Assembly (NCBI GenBank): GCA_903857795.1
Contig: CAIOGM010000128.1
Span: 4,857 to 68,856 of the forward strand
DNA: 64,000 bases
DNA from: an uncultured Geobacter sp.
GTDB lineage: Bacteria; Desulfobacterota; Desulfuromonadia; Geobacterales; CAIOGM01
Reading direction: 5' to 3'
Of the stretch, positions 43,263 to 53,139 are shown one piece after another. The translations under genes and the position numbers were made by a program. A model generated the notes under the pieces. It made no database searches. It was not told the DNA's origin and saw only the letters and a program-made list of their open reading frames with translations. Every line of letters starts with the position of its first letter. Position 1 is the stretch's first letter.

Positions 43263-44805
43263 ACTCTTCCTGGGTCACCCGGAGCACCTCCTCTATGGAG
43301 GTGATCCCCGCCGCCGCCTTAGCCAGGCCGTCATCACGAAGAGTCCGCATCCCTCGGGAGACGGCATACTCCTTGATGACCCCGGCGGGGGTCTGGCGGA
43401 TAATCATGGAACAGAGTTCGCTGTCCACGAGGAGGAGCTCGTAGAGACCGGTCCTTCCCAGCGCCCCCAGGTTGAAGCATTTGTCGCACCCCCTGCTCCG
43501 GTAGAGTCTCGGCGGGAGCACGATCCCGGGGTACTCCCGGTCGGGGGTGTACTCCTCCTTGCAGTGGGGGCAGAGGACCCGGACCAGCCGCTGGGCCAGT
43601 ACCGCGGAGAGGGATGAGGCCACCATGAACGGCTCGATCCCCATGTCGATGAGCCGGCTCACTGCGGTAGCCGAATCGTTGGTATGGAGGGTTGAAAGAA
43701 CCAGGTGACCGGTGAGGGAGGCCTGCATGGCGATCTCGGCGGTCTCCGCATCACGGATCTCCCCCACCATGACGATGTCCGGGTCCTGGCGAAGGATGGA
43801 GCGGAGCCCTGCGGCAAAGGTCAGGTCAATCTTGGCGTTGACCTGGATCTGGCCGACCCCCTTGAGCTGGTACTCGATGGGGTCCTCGATGGTGATGATA
43901 TTTTTTTCCGGAGAGTTGAGATGATTGAGGGCCGCATAGAGGGTGGTGGACTTGCCGCTTCCCGTGGGGCCGGTTACCAGGATGATGCCGCTGGTCCGGG
44001 AGAGGATCCGGTGGGTCGCGGAGACGTCCCGGGGAGAGAGTCCCATGTCCTCCAGGGTGAGAAGCCCCTTGTTCTTGTCCAGGAGCCTTAAGACCACCCG
44101 TTCCCCGAAAAAGGTCGGGATGATGGAGACGCGGATATCAACGTCACGCCCCGCCACGATGACCCTGATCCGGCCGTCCTGGGGGAGCCGCTTCTCGGCG
44201 ATGTTCAAGCCCGACATGATCTTGACCCGGGAGATGAGCGCCTCCTGAATCACCTTGGGGGGGGAGAGCATGGGATAGAGGAGGCCGTCGATCCGGAAAC
44301 GGACCTCTAACTCCCGCTCGTAGGGCTCGATATGGATGTCGCTGGAGCGCTCCTTCACCGCCTGGAAGAGGATGGAGTTGAGGAGCCGGATCACCGGGGC
44401 CTCGTCGGTCAGGTCCAGGAGATCCTTGGGGCCGGAGAAGGCGGTGGCGAGGGTTGAGAGCTCTTCCCCCTCCAGCTCTTCCACCACCTCACGCGCCGAA
44501 CCGGAGTTGCGGGAGTAGAGCCGGTTGATGGCGTCCAGGAGCTCCTGCCGGGGGACCGCCACCACCCGGAGCGGCAGGGTGTAGAGCCCGCGCAGTTCGT
44601 CCAGAGCCGCAAAATTGGCCGGATTGGCCGAGGCCACCAGGAGACAGCCATCCTCATCCCTTAAGGGGAGGAGCAGATTGCCCCGGGCAAAGGTCAGCGG
44701 GAGTCGCGTCAGATAGGCGGCATCCACCTGGCTGTCTTCCACCCGGGGTTGAAACGTGATGCCGAGCCGGAGGGCGACGGTTTCCATGTCAACGGGTAGG
44801 GTCAT
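43243..44805 (-). CDS. gspE: type II secretion ATPase GspE
   Basis: The start is taken at MTLPVDMET (ATGA overlap with the gspD stop). Walker A is GPTGSGKST. A tetra-Cys motif (CPHC...CDKC) is present. Confidence 0.92.
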   Translation of the reverse strand: MTLPVDMETVALRLGITFQPRVEDSQVDAAYLTRLPLTFARGNLLLPLRDEDGCLLVASANPANFAALDELRGLYTLPLRVVAVPRQELLDAINRLYSRNSGSAREVVEELEGEELSTLATAFSGPKDLLDLTDEAPVIRLLNSILFQAVKERSSDIHIEPYERELEVRFRIDGLLYPMLSPPKVIQEALISRVKIMSGLNIAEKRLPQDGRIRVIVAGRDVDIRVSIIPTFFGERVVLRLLDKNKGLLTLEDMGLSPRDVSATHRILSRTSGIILVTGPTGSGKSTTLYAALNHLNSPEKNIITIEDPIEYQLKGVGQIQVNAKIDLTFAAGLRSILRQDPDIVMVGEIRDAETAEIAMQASLTGHLVLSTLHTNDSATAVSRLIDMGIEPFMVASSLSAVLAQRLVRVLCPHCKEEYTPDREYPGIVLPPRLYRSRGCDKCFNLGALGRTGLYELLLVDSELCSMIIRQTPAGVIKEYAVSRGMRTLRDDGLAKAAAGITSIEEVLRVTQEEYADLSL

Positions 44806-46709
44806 GGTGTGCGGTTGATCTCCGCGGGGATGTCCAGCGGTTTCGTATCCTGCATGAACTCGTTGAACCGCTCCCGACGTTTTTCGGTAATTTCGTTCAT
44901 ATCTGCAGCGTCCTTGACCACTTGCGGTGTCAATAGGATTATCAGGTTGGTCTTGTCCACACTGGTGCTCTTGCTCTTGAATAACCAACCCAGGAGCGGA
45001 ATATCTCCCAAGAACGGAATCTTACTTATGCTTTCCGTCTCCTTGCTCCCGATCAGTCCGCCGATGACGATGGTCTCGTTATTCTTGACCACAACGGAGG
45101 TCTTGGCTGAGCGTTTGGTGGTAATAAGGTCGGCGGGGTTGACCGTACTGGTACTGGTCGCGGTCGGCTTGATGGCGGAGATTTCCTGATAGACATCCAT
45201 CTTGATGTAATCCCCCTCGGTGATCTGGGGGGTGATCTTGAGCATGATGCCGGTGTCCTTGCGCTCCACGGACTGGATCGGATTACTGGCTACCGATGAA
45301 GCGCTCTGCTGGAAACTGCTGACAAACGGGACATTTTCTCCGACAAAAATCTCCGCCTCCTTGTTATCGGAAGTGAGGATGTTCGGCGTGGAGAGGATGT
45401 TAAGAACACCGTTGGAAGAGAGAGCGTTGACGGTCCCGATGAGATTGGCGTTCTTGCCCAGCTTGGTCAGGAGCGCGATGATTGCGGCGGTCTGGGGGGT
45501 GCTGCCCGCAAACAGATTGAATGGATCGACAGCGATGGCGCCGGCGCCGCTCTGGGACGTCCCCCCGAGGACTATCGCCAGTTGGCTGCCCATGGCGTCA
45601 GCCTTGGTGAGAGAGATCTCGGCAATGGTCGCCTGGACATAGACCTGGCGACGGCGCTTATCGAGTTTCTGGATGACCGCATGGAGGCTCTGGTAGTCGT
45701 TAGGCGAGGCGGCGATGACCAGGGAGTTGGTCGGCTTATCGGCGATGACGCTGATCTTGCTGCTTTCGAAGGGGGACTGCTGACCGGGAGTCGCTCCCGG
45801 TTGCTGGCTGGCGGTGGCTGCGCCGGCCCCTTTTATGAAGCCGTCGAGCACCTTGACCATCTCTGTGGCGTCGGCGTACTCGAGAAAATAGACATTGATC
45901 TTGCCGCTGGAAGTTGGGGAGGTGATATCGATGAGGGCAACCAGCCGCTTGATATCCTCCTTGTCCTTGTCGCTGCCGAAGAGGACCAGGGCGTTGAGGC
46001 GGCTATCGGGGATGATGATCCCGCCGCCGGTCGCCGCCGGGGTTCCCGTCCCCTTCTGCCCCTTGTCCCGACCGCCGAGCCACTCCCTGACCAGCGTGGC
46101 CACGTTGTCGGCGGGGGCGTTCTTGAGGAAGAGCAGCTCCGCCCCTTCGCGGCGCTGGGGAGTATCGACGAGCGCCAGTATGTCCAAGACCTTCTGGATG
46201 TTGTTGGCGGCGTCCACCACCAGAAGCAGGTTCGACGGCCCGAAGGGGGTGATCTGACCGTCGCGGGCGACCACCGGCTGAAGAAAGGAGACGGCGTCCT
46301 GTGCGGAGATGTTGTTCAGGGAGATGACCCGGGCGATATAGGCGTCATTGACCGGGGAGCGGTCGGTTCCGCTCAAGACCCTGGTTCCCGCCTGCTTGGC
46401 CGAGGCCAGCGGAACGATCTTCAGGACCTTTCCCGAGGGGACGATAGTAAATCCCTTCAGCTCCAGGACCGAGGTAAAGACATTGAACGCCTCGTCCGTG
46501 GTGAGCTTGGCCGGCGAATAGACCGAAATCTTCCCCTTCACCCGGTCGTCCAGGATGAAATTCTTCCCGGTGAGATCGCTGATGAATTTCACCATCGTGG
46601 AGATGTCCACGTCGCTGAAGTTGAGAACCACCCCCCTGCCGGCCCACGCGGGGACAGTAAGGAGCAACAGAAGGAGCGCGGCAACAAAAGTTCTTAAGCA
46701 GTGCTTCAC
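44802..46709 (-). CDS. gspD: type II secretion secretin GspD
   Basis: 635 aa, GTG start, signal peptide, N0-N3 domains and a C-terminal secretin domain (VVVKNNETIVIGGL...IPFLGDIPLLGWLF). Confidence 0.92.
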   Translation of the reverse strand: MKHCLRTFVAALLLLLLTVPAWAGRGVVLNFSDVDISTMVKFISDLTGKNFILDDRVKGKISVYSPAKLTTDEAFNVFTSVLELKGFTIVPSGKVLKIVPLASAKQAGTRVLSGTDRSPVNDAYIARVISLNNISAQDAVSFLQPVVARDGQITPFGPSNLLLVVDAANNIQKVLDILALVDTPQRREGAELLFLKNAPADNVATLVREWLGGRDKGQKGTGTPAATGGGIIIPDSRLNALVLFGSDKDKEDIKRLVALIDITSPTSSGKINVYFLEYADATEMVKVLDGFIKGAGAATASQQPGATPGQQSPFESSKISVIADKPTNSLVIAASPNDYQSLHAVIQKLDKRRRQVYVQATIAEISLTKADAMGSQLAIVLGGTSQSGAGAIAVDPFNLFAGSTPQTAAIIALLTKLGKNANLIGTVNALSSNGVLNILSTPNILTSDNKEAEIFVGENVPFVSSFQQSASSVASNPIQSVERKDTGIMLKITPQITEGDYIKMDVYQEISAIKPTATSTSTVNPADLITTKRSAKTSVVVKNNETIVIGGLIGSKETESISKIPFLGDIPLLGWLFKSKSTSVDKTNLIILLTPQVVKDAADMNEITEKRRERFNEFMQDTKPLDIPAEINRTP

Positions 46710-46791
46710 CGAAGCCTCCGGAAGAAATCAGAATTACAAATTAAAAATTACGACCACTGGCTCTATTTCATGCGGTATTCCAGATCCACGC

Positions 46792-46807
46792 GCCCAGTGT
46801 CCAGCGC
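46792..46807. repeat. short heptad element GCCCAGTGTCCAGCGC (2 units CCAGTGT CCAGCGC)
   Basis: It is the exact reverse complement of 34508..34523 (GCGCTGGACACTGGGC). It lies 5 nt downstream of the gspC stop, in the gspC-gspD spacer. Confidence 0.8.
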
Positions 46808-46812
46808 CGATT

Positions 46813-47676
46813 CTATCGTATGTCGTAATTGAACGTGGTCGGCTGACCGTCGCGGACCATGTCGAGCTTGAGCCGGGTCTGCCCTTTGAGCGCCGCCAGG
46901 GACTGGATCGCTTTTTCGGGGGAATCAATGGCGAAGTCGTTGATCCGGAGCAGCACATCGCCGTTCTTCATCCCCACCATGCCGAAGACCCCCGCAGGCT
47001 TGACCTCGGAGATCCGGAACCCCTCCACTTTCCCCTCCTTCATGCTGGGGAGAAGGCGGGCGTCGGTCATGGCCTGGCCGATGTTGTCCAAGGTGGCGTT
47101 GAGGGCCTTCTGGTCGATGACGAAACTCCCGGCGCCGGTCTGGGCGACAGCCGAACCGGGCATGGTCCCCAGGGCCGCAACAGGAGCGGTTGGCGGCGCG
47201 GAACTGGGCATAAAGAGGGGAGTTCGTTTGCCATGGAGGTCGATCTCCACTCGATCCGACTTCACCGCCAGGAGCGGTCCCGCGTCATAGACCTTTTCTC
47301 CCAACCGGAAGACCCGCTCCTCCTTGGAGCTCGTCTTCTGGACCAGGGCAAAGGACTCCCGAAAGGAGCCGATCGCGGTCCCCAATAACAGCAGATCGGT
47401 GACAGGGGTGGTCGTCGGGGCGCCGGAAGCCGGAGAATCCTTGAGCAGCGGCGACAGTTTCCCCACTGTCGCCTTGCCGAACAGTCCCTTCTCCAGAATC
47501 GGGGCGAAGGTCGCCAACTCCTCCGGCGCAACCGTATCAGGGGAGCTCTGTTTTGCCCCCAACTTAGCCGGAAGGAGGTGGCCGATCCGGTATCCGATGA
47601 TCTGGGCCGTCAAGGATGCAAGAGTGATGACGATGGCGAGGGAAAGAACTATGTTGAGCACTTGATATCTGTTCAC
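46813..47676 (-). CDS. gspC: type II secretion protein GspC (TM + HR region + PDZ domain)
   Basis: GTG start, N-terminal TM helix (VLNIVLSLAIVITLASL), and a C-terminal PDZ domain (GFRISEVKPAGVFGMVGMKNGDVLLRINDFAIDSPEKA). Confidence 0.8.
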   Translation of the reverse strand: MNRYQVLNIVLSLAIVITLASLTAQIIGYRIGHLLPAKLGAKQSSPDTVAPEELATFAPILEKGLFGKATVGKLSPLLKDSPASGAPTTTPVTDLLLLGTAIGSFRESFALVQKTSSKEERVFRLGEKVYDAGPLLAVKSDRVEIDLHGKRTPLFMPSSAPPTAPVAALGTMPGSAVAQTGAGSFVIDQKALNATLDNIGQAMTDARLLPSMKEGKVEGFRISEVKPAGVFGMVGMKNGDVLLRINDFAIDSPEKAIQSLAALKGQTRLKLDMVRDGQPTTFNYDIR

Positions 47677-47842
47677 GTGAAAGGCCTCTTGTGGAATCGG
47701 ATACTACCCGAAATCCGCCTATAACAGCAAGGCTTTTCCCTACGGATCACTTTCGCACAGAGAAGTGGGAGGTCGGCTCAACTGCAGCAGCGCCACAAAT
47801 CCTGCCCAGAAAAGCAGAGTAGAGGGACATTGAATAACGTAG

Positions 47843-48331
47843 TTATTTAGCCGGGATAAAACCCTTGAGGGTGAAACTGTAGCGGGGATGTTGGAAGGAG
47901 TGCGTGGTGGGAAACAGCGAAAAGAGCCATCCTTTAAAGATCTCTTTACCTCCTTCAAAGACCCTGATTCGGGCTGCAGGATTTTTCAGTTCATTGCTCT
48001 CGGAGGTAAGAACTGTTCCCTGCATGGTGAAGTCGGGGAGGAAATTGTCCACCGCGATGGAGATGTCCGAAGCCGGTACAGCAACCTGAGAGCCTACGGC
48101 AACCTCACAGATAAGCTCCTTACCGCTTTTCCTGTCAGAAACAGCCACAACCACCGCCCGCCATTTCCCTTTGGAAACAGGCGGTTCCACTATGGTACTC
48201 TGCGTCTTGATGCTTAAGCCATGAGCTGCTGTTTCGACACTTTTTTCCTCACTGCTGCGGCAAGAGGCCAGCAAGAAAAGCGCGCTTGACATTCCACCGA
48301 CAAAAAGAAGCACATTCCGCATCAGCTGCAT
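47843..48331 (-). CDS. lipoprotein, DUF2155-like
   Basis: It has a lipobox (LFLLASC|RS). The pattern WRAVVVAVSDRKSGKE...KNPAARIRVFEGGKEIFKGWLFSLFPTTHSFQHPRYSF resembles DUF2155. This family call is from memory. Confidence 0.45.
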   Translation of the reverse strand: MQLMRNVLLFVGGMSSALFLLASCRSSEEKSVETAAHGLSIKTQSTIVEPPVSKGKWRAVVVAVSDRKSGKELICEVAVGSQVAVPASDISIAVDNFLPDFTMQGTVLTSESNELKNPAARIRVFEGGKEIFKGWLFSLFPTTHSFQHPRYSFTLKGFIPAK

Positions 48332-48471
48332 CCATTCTCCTGCGGGAACTCTTGCAAAAAATGCCGGGCAGACGTTACCAGGTGACCAGTATCTAAACGG
48401 ACTTTCTCTCTACTATCGTCAATTTATAGCAAAGTGACCACGGCGGTCAAGAAGATAGCTGCAGACAAGAA

Positions 48472-48526
48472 AAGCCTTGCCCTTTCTGCATGGCTAATGT
48501 GCCACACAAAAAAGAAAGCAAGGCTT
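48472..48526 (-). terminator. hairpin downstream of tRNA-Ser (possible terminator)
   Basis: AAGCCTTGC(CC)TTTCT ... AGAAAGCAAGGCTT are ~14-bp arms with a 2-nt bulge and a ~25-nt loop. A U-rich stretch follows on the minus strand. Confidence 0.35.
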
Positions 48527-48554
48527 AACTTATTAATTTTATGCTAAGAATAAA

Positions 48555-48647
48555 TGGCGGAGAGAGAGGGATTCGAACCCTCGATACCGGTTTCCCAGTA
48601 TACTCGCTTAGCAGGCGAGCGCCTTCGGCCGACTCGGCCATCTCTCC
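48555..48647 (-). tRNA. tRNA-Ser (anticodon GCU), 93 nt with long variable arm, CCA encoded
   Basis: The minus strand reads GGAGAGATGGCCGAGTCGGCCGAAGGCGCTCGCCTGCTAAGCGAGTATACTGGGAAACCGGTATCGAGGGTTCGAATCCCTCTCTCTCCGCCA. The acceptor stem pairs GGAGAGA with TCTCTCC, the anticodon loop is CTGCTAA, and the T-loop is TTCGAAT. Confidence 0.95.
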
Positions 48648-48779
48648 GTGTTCATCTTTCCCGCATAGTGTCGCCATTGGAGAGTGGTTCTCGACTCCCC
48701 GGATACCAACGGTTCGGATATATAGCCTGGAGCGCTCCGCATTGTCAAGCGGTATTCGCTCACGGGAGGATAAACTCCC

Positions 48780-50204
48780 CTATTTCCAGTTCTCCGGCGT
48801 CACCAGCCGTACCGTACCGAAGCCGGAAAGCGGCTTGTCGAACTTGGCGTCATCACCGACGACGACCTTGATTAGCCGGTCCGGATGCAGATACTTCCTG
48901 GCCACCCTAAGAACATCTTCACGGTTGACCCGGGCGATGTTCTCCCGGTACTCTTCCAGATAATTCTTGGGATAACCGTAGTACTCCAGGCGCGCCCGCT
49001 GGTTGACTATCATGTCGCTCTTGGTGAAACCGAAGACAAAGGAGTTGACCATGGACTCCTTGGCCAGGCTCAACTCCTGCTCCGATACCGGCTCACGGGT
49101 CATGCCGGCCATGATATCGAGCATGAGCCCCATGGTCTTGGCGGTGCTCTCTGACTTGGTCTCGGCCTCAGCAATGAAGGGACCGGGGAACCTCCGGCCG
49201 ATTTCGAAGGAGCTGTCCACGTTATAGGTCAACCCCTGTTTGGTTCTGATTTCAGCCATGAGTCGGGAGTTGAAGCCGTTTCCGCCGAGAATAAAATCCA
49301 TGACCCTGATGGCGTAGAGGTCAGGGTTATCCTTGGTGATCCCCATATGCCCCATCCGGATCGCCGACTGATTGACCTCTTTCTTCACGAAGAGCATGGC
49401 GGGGTTAAGCGTCATGTCGGGCTGCGCCACCGCGGGGAAGTCGACGTTCACCTTCTCCCAGCCGCCGAATACCCTGGTCAGCTTCTCAGTCAGCTCCTCC
49501 CGACCGATGTCGCCGGAAACCGCGAGGATGACGTTGTTGGGGTGGTAATATTTTTTGTGAAAACCGATTAGCTCCTCACGAGAGATCGCCTTCACCGTCT
49601 GGGGGGTGGGGTAACGCCCCAGGGGGTGGTCGTGGAAGATCGCTCTCCTCAGCTCCCGATCGGCGATCCCCTTGGGATCATCGTTCTGTCGCCGAAGCGC
49701 CTCCAGGCTCTTCTTGACCGAGAGGTCAAACCGGCCGGGATCGAAGGATGGGCTCATCATCACCCCCCCGAAAAGCTCCAGGGTCCGGTCAAGGTTCCTG
49801 GTGAGGGTGGCCAGAGAGACAGTGGCCAGGTCACCCCCCATGCCGGACTCCACGGAAGAAGCCATGAACTCCAGCTCCGCATCGAGCTGTTCCGGCGTGA
49901 CCCCGGTGACGCCACCGCTCCGGAGGGCTCCTCCGGTGAGCCCGGCCAGGCCGACCTTGTCAGCCGGCTCATAGATGCTGCCGGCGCCGACATACGCGGT
50001 GACGTTGACCAGGGGGAGCTCCCGGTCGGTCATCAGATAGACGACCATCCCGTTCTTGAGCACGAACCGCTCGGCCGCGGGGATCTCGTACCTCATGGGA
50101 GCAAAGGTCATGGTCCGCGGATTCGCAACCATCGCCGGACCTGCGCAGCCGGCCACGGCAAGCAGTAACACTGTCAGGGGAAGCGCAGTGCGCAAGTATC
50201 TCAT
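48780..50204 (-). CDS. M16-family peptidase, non-catalytic (no HxxEH) subunit
   Basis: 474 aa with a lipoprotein-like signal (LLLAVAGC) and the M16 fold pattern, but no zinc motif. Its start overlaps the upstream M16 gene's stop. Confidence 0.75.
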   Translation of the reverse strand: MRYLRTALPLTVLLLAVAGCAGPAMVANPRTMTFAPMRYEIPAAERFVLKNGMVVYLMTDRELPLVNVTAYVGAGSIYEPADKVGLAGLTGGALRSGGVTGVTPEQLDAELEFMASSVESGMGGDLATVSLATLTRNLDRTLELFGGVMMSPSFDPGRFDLSVKKSLEALRRQNDDPKGIADRELRRAIFHDHPLGRYPTPQTVKAISREELIGFHKKYYHPNNVILAVSGDIGREELTEKLTRVFGGWEKVNVDFPAVAQPDMTLNPAMLFVKKEVNQSAIRMGHMGITKDNPDLYAIRVMDFILGGNGFNSRLMAEIRTKQGLTYNVDSSFEIGRRFPGPFIAEAETKSESTAKTMGLMLDIMAGMTREPVSEQELSLAKESMVNSFVFGFTKSDMIVNQRARLEYYGYPKNYLEEYRENIARVNREDVLRVARKYLHPDRLIKVVVGDDAKFDKPLSGFGTVRLVTPENWK

Positions 50205-51691
50205 TTTGTCCCCTCCTTCCGGGTGATGGTCCCCACCGTCCGGTTTTCCCCTGTGAAATATTTCGTCGCCACCCGCATGACATCGGCCGGGGTAACCGTG
50301 GCGAGCTTCTTCCTGTGCTCTATCAGGTAACGCCAGCTCCCGGTGGTCGCCTCGTATTCGGTCAGGTTGCGGGCCAGGCCGCCGTTGGAGCCCATCTGCC
50401 GGACCTCCTCATACTCCATCCGGTTGAGAATCTGCTGCAGCTCCTGCTTGGTCATGGGCTGATTTTTCAGCCTGTCGATCTCGGCGTCAATGGCCTGCTC
50501 CACCTCGGCGGGAGTATGGGGGCTCCGGGTGGTGGCGGCGATAATGAAGAGATCGGGGTAGCGGCTCCCCGGGGCGGAGAAGGTGGAGACCTCGGCGGCG
50601 AGCTGCCGCTCCTGCACGAGACTCTTGTACAGCCGGGAGGTCCGACCGTCGGCCAGGATGGCGTCGATGACATCAAAGACATAATCTTCCGGGTCAGGGT
50701 AGACCGGCTTATGAAAACCGATGATAAGGTGCGGCTCCGAATCGAGCTTCAGGTCGACCCGCTTCTCCCCCGGCTGACGGGGCTCCTCCACCGCCACCGG
50801 CGCTACCGGGGTTCCGGGCGGGACATCGCCAAAGTACCGTTCCGCCAGGGCGATGGTCTTCGCCGGGTCGATGTCTCCCACCACGGCCACGATGGCGTTG
50901 TTGGGGGCATAGTATGTATGGAGGAAATTTTCAGCCTTGGTCCGGGTCAGGTTTTCGATATCGGACATCCAGCCGATGGTCGGCTGACCATAGGGGTGGG
51001 CCACGAAGGCGATGGCCAGGAAATTCTCCCAGAGCTGCCCCTCGGGTTCGCTGTCATAGGTTCGCCGCCGCTCTTCCATCACCACAGAGCGCTCCGTATA
51101 GAACTCCCGGAGCACCGGGTTCTTCATCCGGTCCGACTCGATGGCAGCCCAGAGTTCCAGCTTGTTGGAGGGGAGGCTGATGAGGTAGGTGGTGCCATCC
51201 TTGCTGGTAAAGGCGTTGTAGTTGTTACCGCCGTTCTTGGAGTAGAGTTCGAAGAACTCCTCCTTCACGGAGTAGGCGCCCGCCTCTTTTTCCAGGGCGG
51301 CCAGCTCTTGCTCCAGGCGAGTGACCGTTGCCTTCTCCCCCTTCTCCCGCTTGGCCTTCTCCGCCATCAGCTCCTGGGCGGTGACTTCGATCCTGTCCAG
51401 GAGCGGCTTCTCCTTGGCGTAGTCGGTGGTGCCCAGGGTTTTTGTCCCCTTGAAGAGCATATGCTCCAGGAGATGGGCGAGCCCCCGCTCATCGCTTCGT
51501 TCATCCACGCTTCCCACCCGGTAGCGGATCCAGGCGGAAACCGTGGGGGAGGTATGACGCTCCACCATGAGGAGCTTCATGCCGTTCTTCAGGGTGTGCT
51601 CCTTCACCTTCTCCTCCAGCCCCTGGCCGAAGGCGGAAACCGCCGTCAGGAGAAGGGAGAAGGTCACTGCCAGCCGGACGATGTTGTGCAT
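50201..51691 (-). CDS. M16-family zinc metallopeptidase (insulinase/pitrilysin-like)
   Basis: It has a signal peptide and the inverted zinc motif HLLEH within GLAHLLEHMLFKGT. Confidence 0.85.
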   Translation of the reverse strand: MHNIVRLAVTFSLLLTAVSAFGQGLEEKVKEHTLKNGMKLLMVERHTSPTVSAWIRYRVGSVDERSDERGLAHLLEHMLFKGTKTLGTTDYAKEKPLLDRIEVTAQELMAEKAKREKGEKATVTRLEQELAALEKEAGAYSVKEEFFELYSKNGGNNYNAFTSKDGTTYLISLPSNKLELWAAIESDRMKNPVLREFYTERSVVMEERRRTYDSEPEGQLWENFLAIAFVAHPYGQPTIGWMSDIENLTRTKAENFLHTYYAPNNAIVAVVGDIDPAKTIALAERYFGDVPPGTPVAPVAVEEPRQPGEKRVDLKLDSEPHLIIGFHKPVYPDPEDYVFDVIDAILADGRTSRLYKSLVQERQLAAEVSTFSAPGSRYPDLFIIAATTRSPHTPAEVEQAIDAEIDRLKNQPMTKQELQQILNRMEYEEVRQMGSNGGLARNLTEYEATTGSWRYLIEHRKKLATVTPADVMRVATKYFTGENRTVGTITRKEGTK

Positions 51692-51750
51692 ACGGTTCCC
51701 TCATTTTTAGAGTTGTTGTTGATACTGGCTGCAGGGTTATCCGGTCGCCG

Positions 51751-53139
51751 TCAGTGAAACATGATGGCGGTCTCCCCTTCGGCGTACAGCTGGATGGAGA
51801 TCTTCGCCTTCTGCACCATGACATCGTTGAGCCTCACCGTCTTCACGTTCCCTGTCAGAAAGACATTGTCCGCCAGTGTGATCCGCGCCATGGCCTTGCC
51901 GGCCATCTCCCGCGCCTGCTCCAGCCGCTGGGTCAGATCCATGTTGAGCTTTTCCTGAATGCGGCTCCTGATCATCCCGTGGAGAAACCAGTCGGCCGAG
52001 CGGAGCAGCAGGCTCTTGGTCTGCATATCAAAATCCACATCCTCCACGGAGAAGAGGTTCGTCTTGGGATCAAAGGTCGGCCGGCAGGTGAGATAGAAGG
52101 TCCCGTCCAGGGAGCCGGTGGCCTCCACCTTGATCATCAGCTTGTCGCCGTTGCCGTAGAGATCCAGACTCTTCAGGATGACGCTCTTCCCGTCACTCCC
52201 CAGCTCCTTGTTGAGCAAGAGGGGAGAAGCGATCCCCAGAATATCCTTATAGGAAAGATCGGTATTGAGGGCAATGCGGAATGCCCGATCCGTGTCGGCC
52301 ACCAGCTTCAGACCGGGGAGCGGCACGGGAAGCAACAGCGGAGGTTCAGGCCCCACGACCATCTCGGCATAGGAGCGAAGCCCCATGCTCAGCTGCATCC
52401 GGTTGTTCTGGGCGTAGAAGGGATAGAGCCGCACCTCCCGGGGGGTCAGCTTCAGCCAGGCGCCATACTCCTTGTTCAGAAGGATCGGCTTCTGGGCCGA
52501 GCCCCACGCCTTGGCCGCCTGGAGCTTCAGGGGGAACTGCTCATTGAGTTTTTTGCTGATCAGATCCGAGAGGGTCCGCTGCAGCGGCTGGATGATTCCT
52601 TCGACGATGCTGCGCGGTTTGAGGGAGATCGGGCCGATCCCCACACTCTCGGCCACCAGGTCGTTGAGCCCCAGGTAGTAGACCTGGGCGTTGACCTGCC
52701 ACTCCGGGGTGACCCCGGCCGCCAGCTTGAACTTGAGCTTGTTGGCGATGGCCGGGGTTTCGAACATCCGGTAGCTGAGGGAAAGGGAGATCGGAACGGT
52801 GAGATAGACGAAATTATCGGCGAAGCTCACCAAAATCGGACCGTTTCTGAGGACGACTGCAGTGACCCCCGCCGTAGCGGTGCTCCCCTTGTACAGCTCC
52901 CTGGGGAGCAGCCGGTTCAGGTTGGCGCTCAGATCCTTGTCAGTCGCCTCCACGGTAAGGTTCAGGGTCGACAACTCCTTCTTCAACTCCGAGCGGCAGG
53001 CTTCGTCCCGGGGGCGCTCGGCGGTCAGGGGGGTGACCTCCGCGGCGGCAACGCCGGAGATCAGGCTCTGGACGATGAACAGCAGCCCGAGCAGCAAGTG
53101 GTTTCTTTTCAACAGCAACACGTGGAGACTCCTTGTCAA
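51751..53139 (-). CDS. DUF4403-like periplasmic/membrane-anchored protein
   Basis: 462 aa with an N-terminal hydrophobic anchor. The length and sequence pattern resemble DUF4403 (from memory). Its start overlaps the MlaD-like stop (ATGA). Confidence 0.45.
   Translation of the reverse strand: MTRSLHVLLLKRNHLLLGLLFIVQSLISGVAAAEVTPLTAERPRDEACRSELKKELSTLNLTVEATDKDLSANLNRLLPRELYKGSTATAGVTAVVLRNGPILVSFADNFVYLTVPISLSLSYRMFETPAIANKLKFKLAAGVTPEWQVNAQVYYLGLNDLVAESVGIGPISLKPRSIVEGIIQPLQRTLSDLISKKLNEQFPLKLQAAKAWGSAQKPILLNKEYGAWLKLTPREVRLYPFYAQNNRMQLSMGLRSYAEMVVGPEPPLLLPVPLPGLKLVADTDRAFRIALNTDLSYKDILGIASPLLLNKELGSDGKSVILKSLDLYGNGDKLMIKVEATGSLDGTFYLTCRPTFDPKTNLFSVEDVDFDMQTKSLLLRSADWFLHGMIRSRIQEKLNMDLTQRLEQAREMAGKAMARITLADNVFLTGNVKTVRLNDVMVQKAKISIQLYAEGETAIMFH

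Noticed and set aside
34501-46807. Whether the tandem heptad arrays could be CRISPR-like or minisatellite-encoded peptides
   Set aside because: The units are contiguous 7-mers with no spacers, no cas genes are present, and the arrays are 14-56 nt. I treat them as short tandem repeats, not CRISPR.
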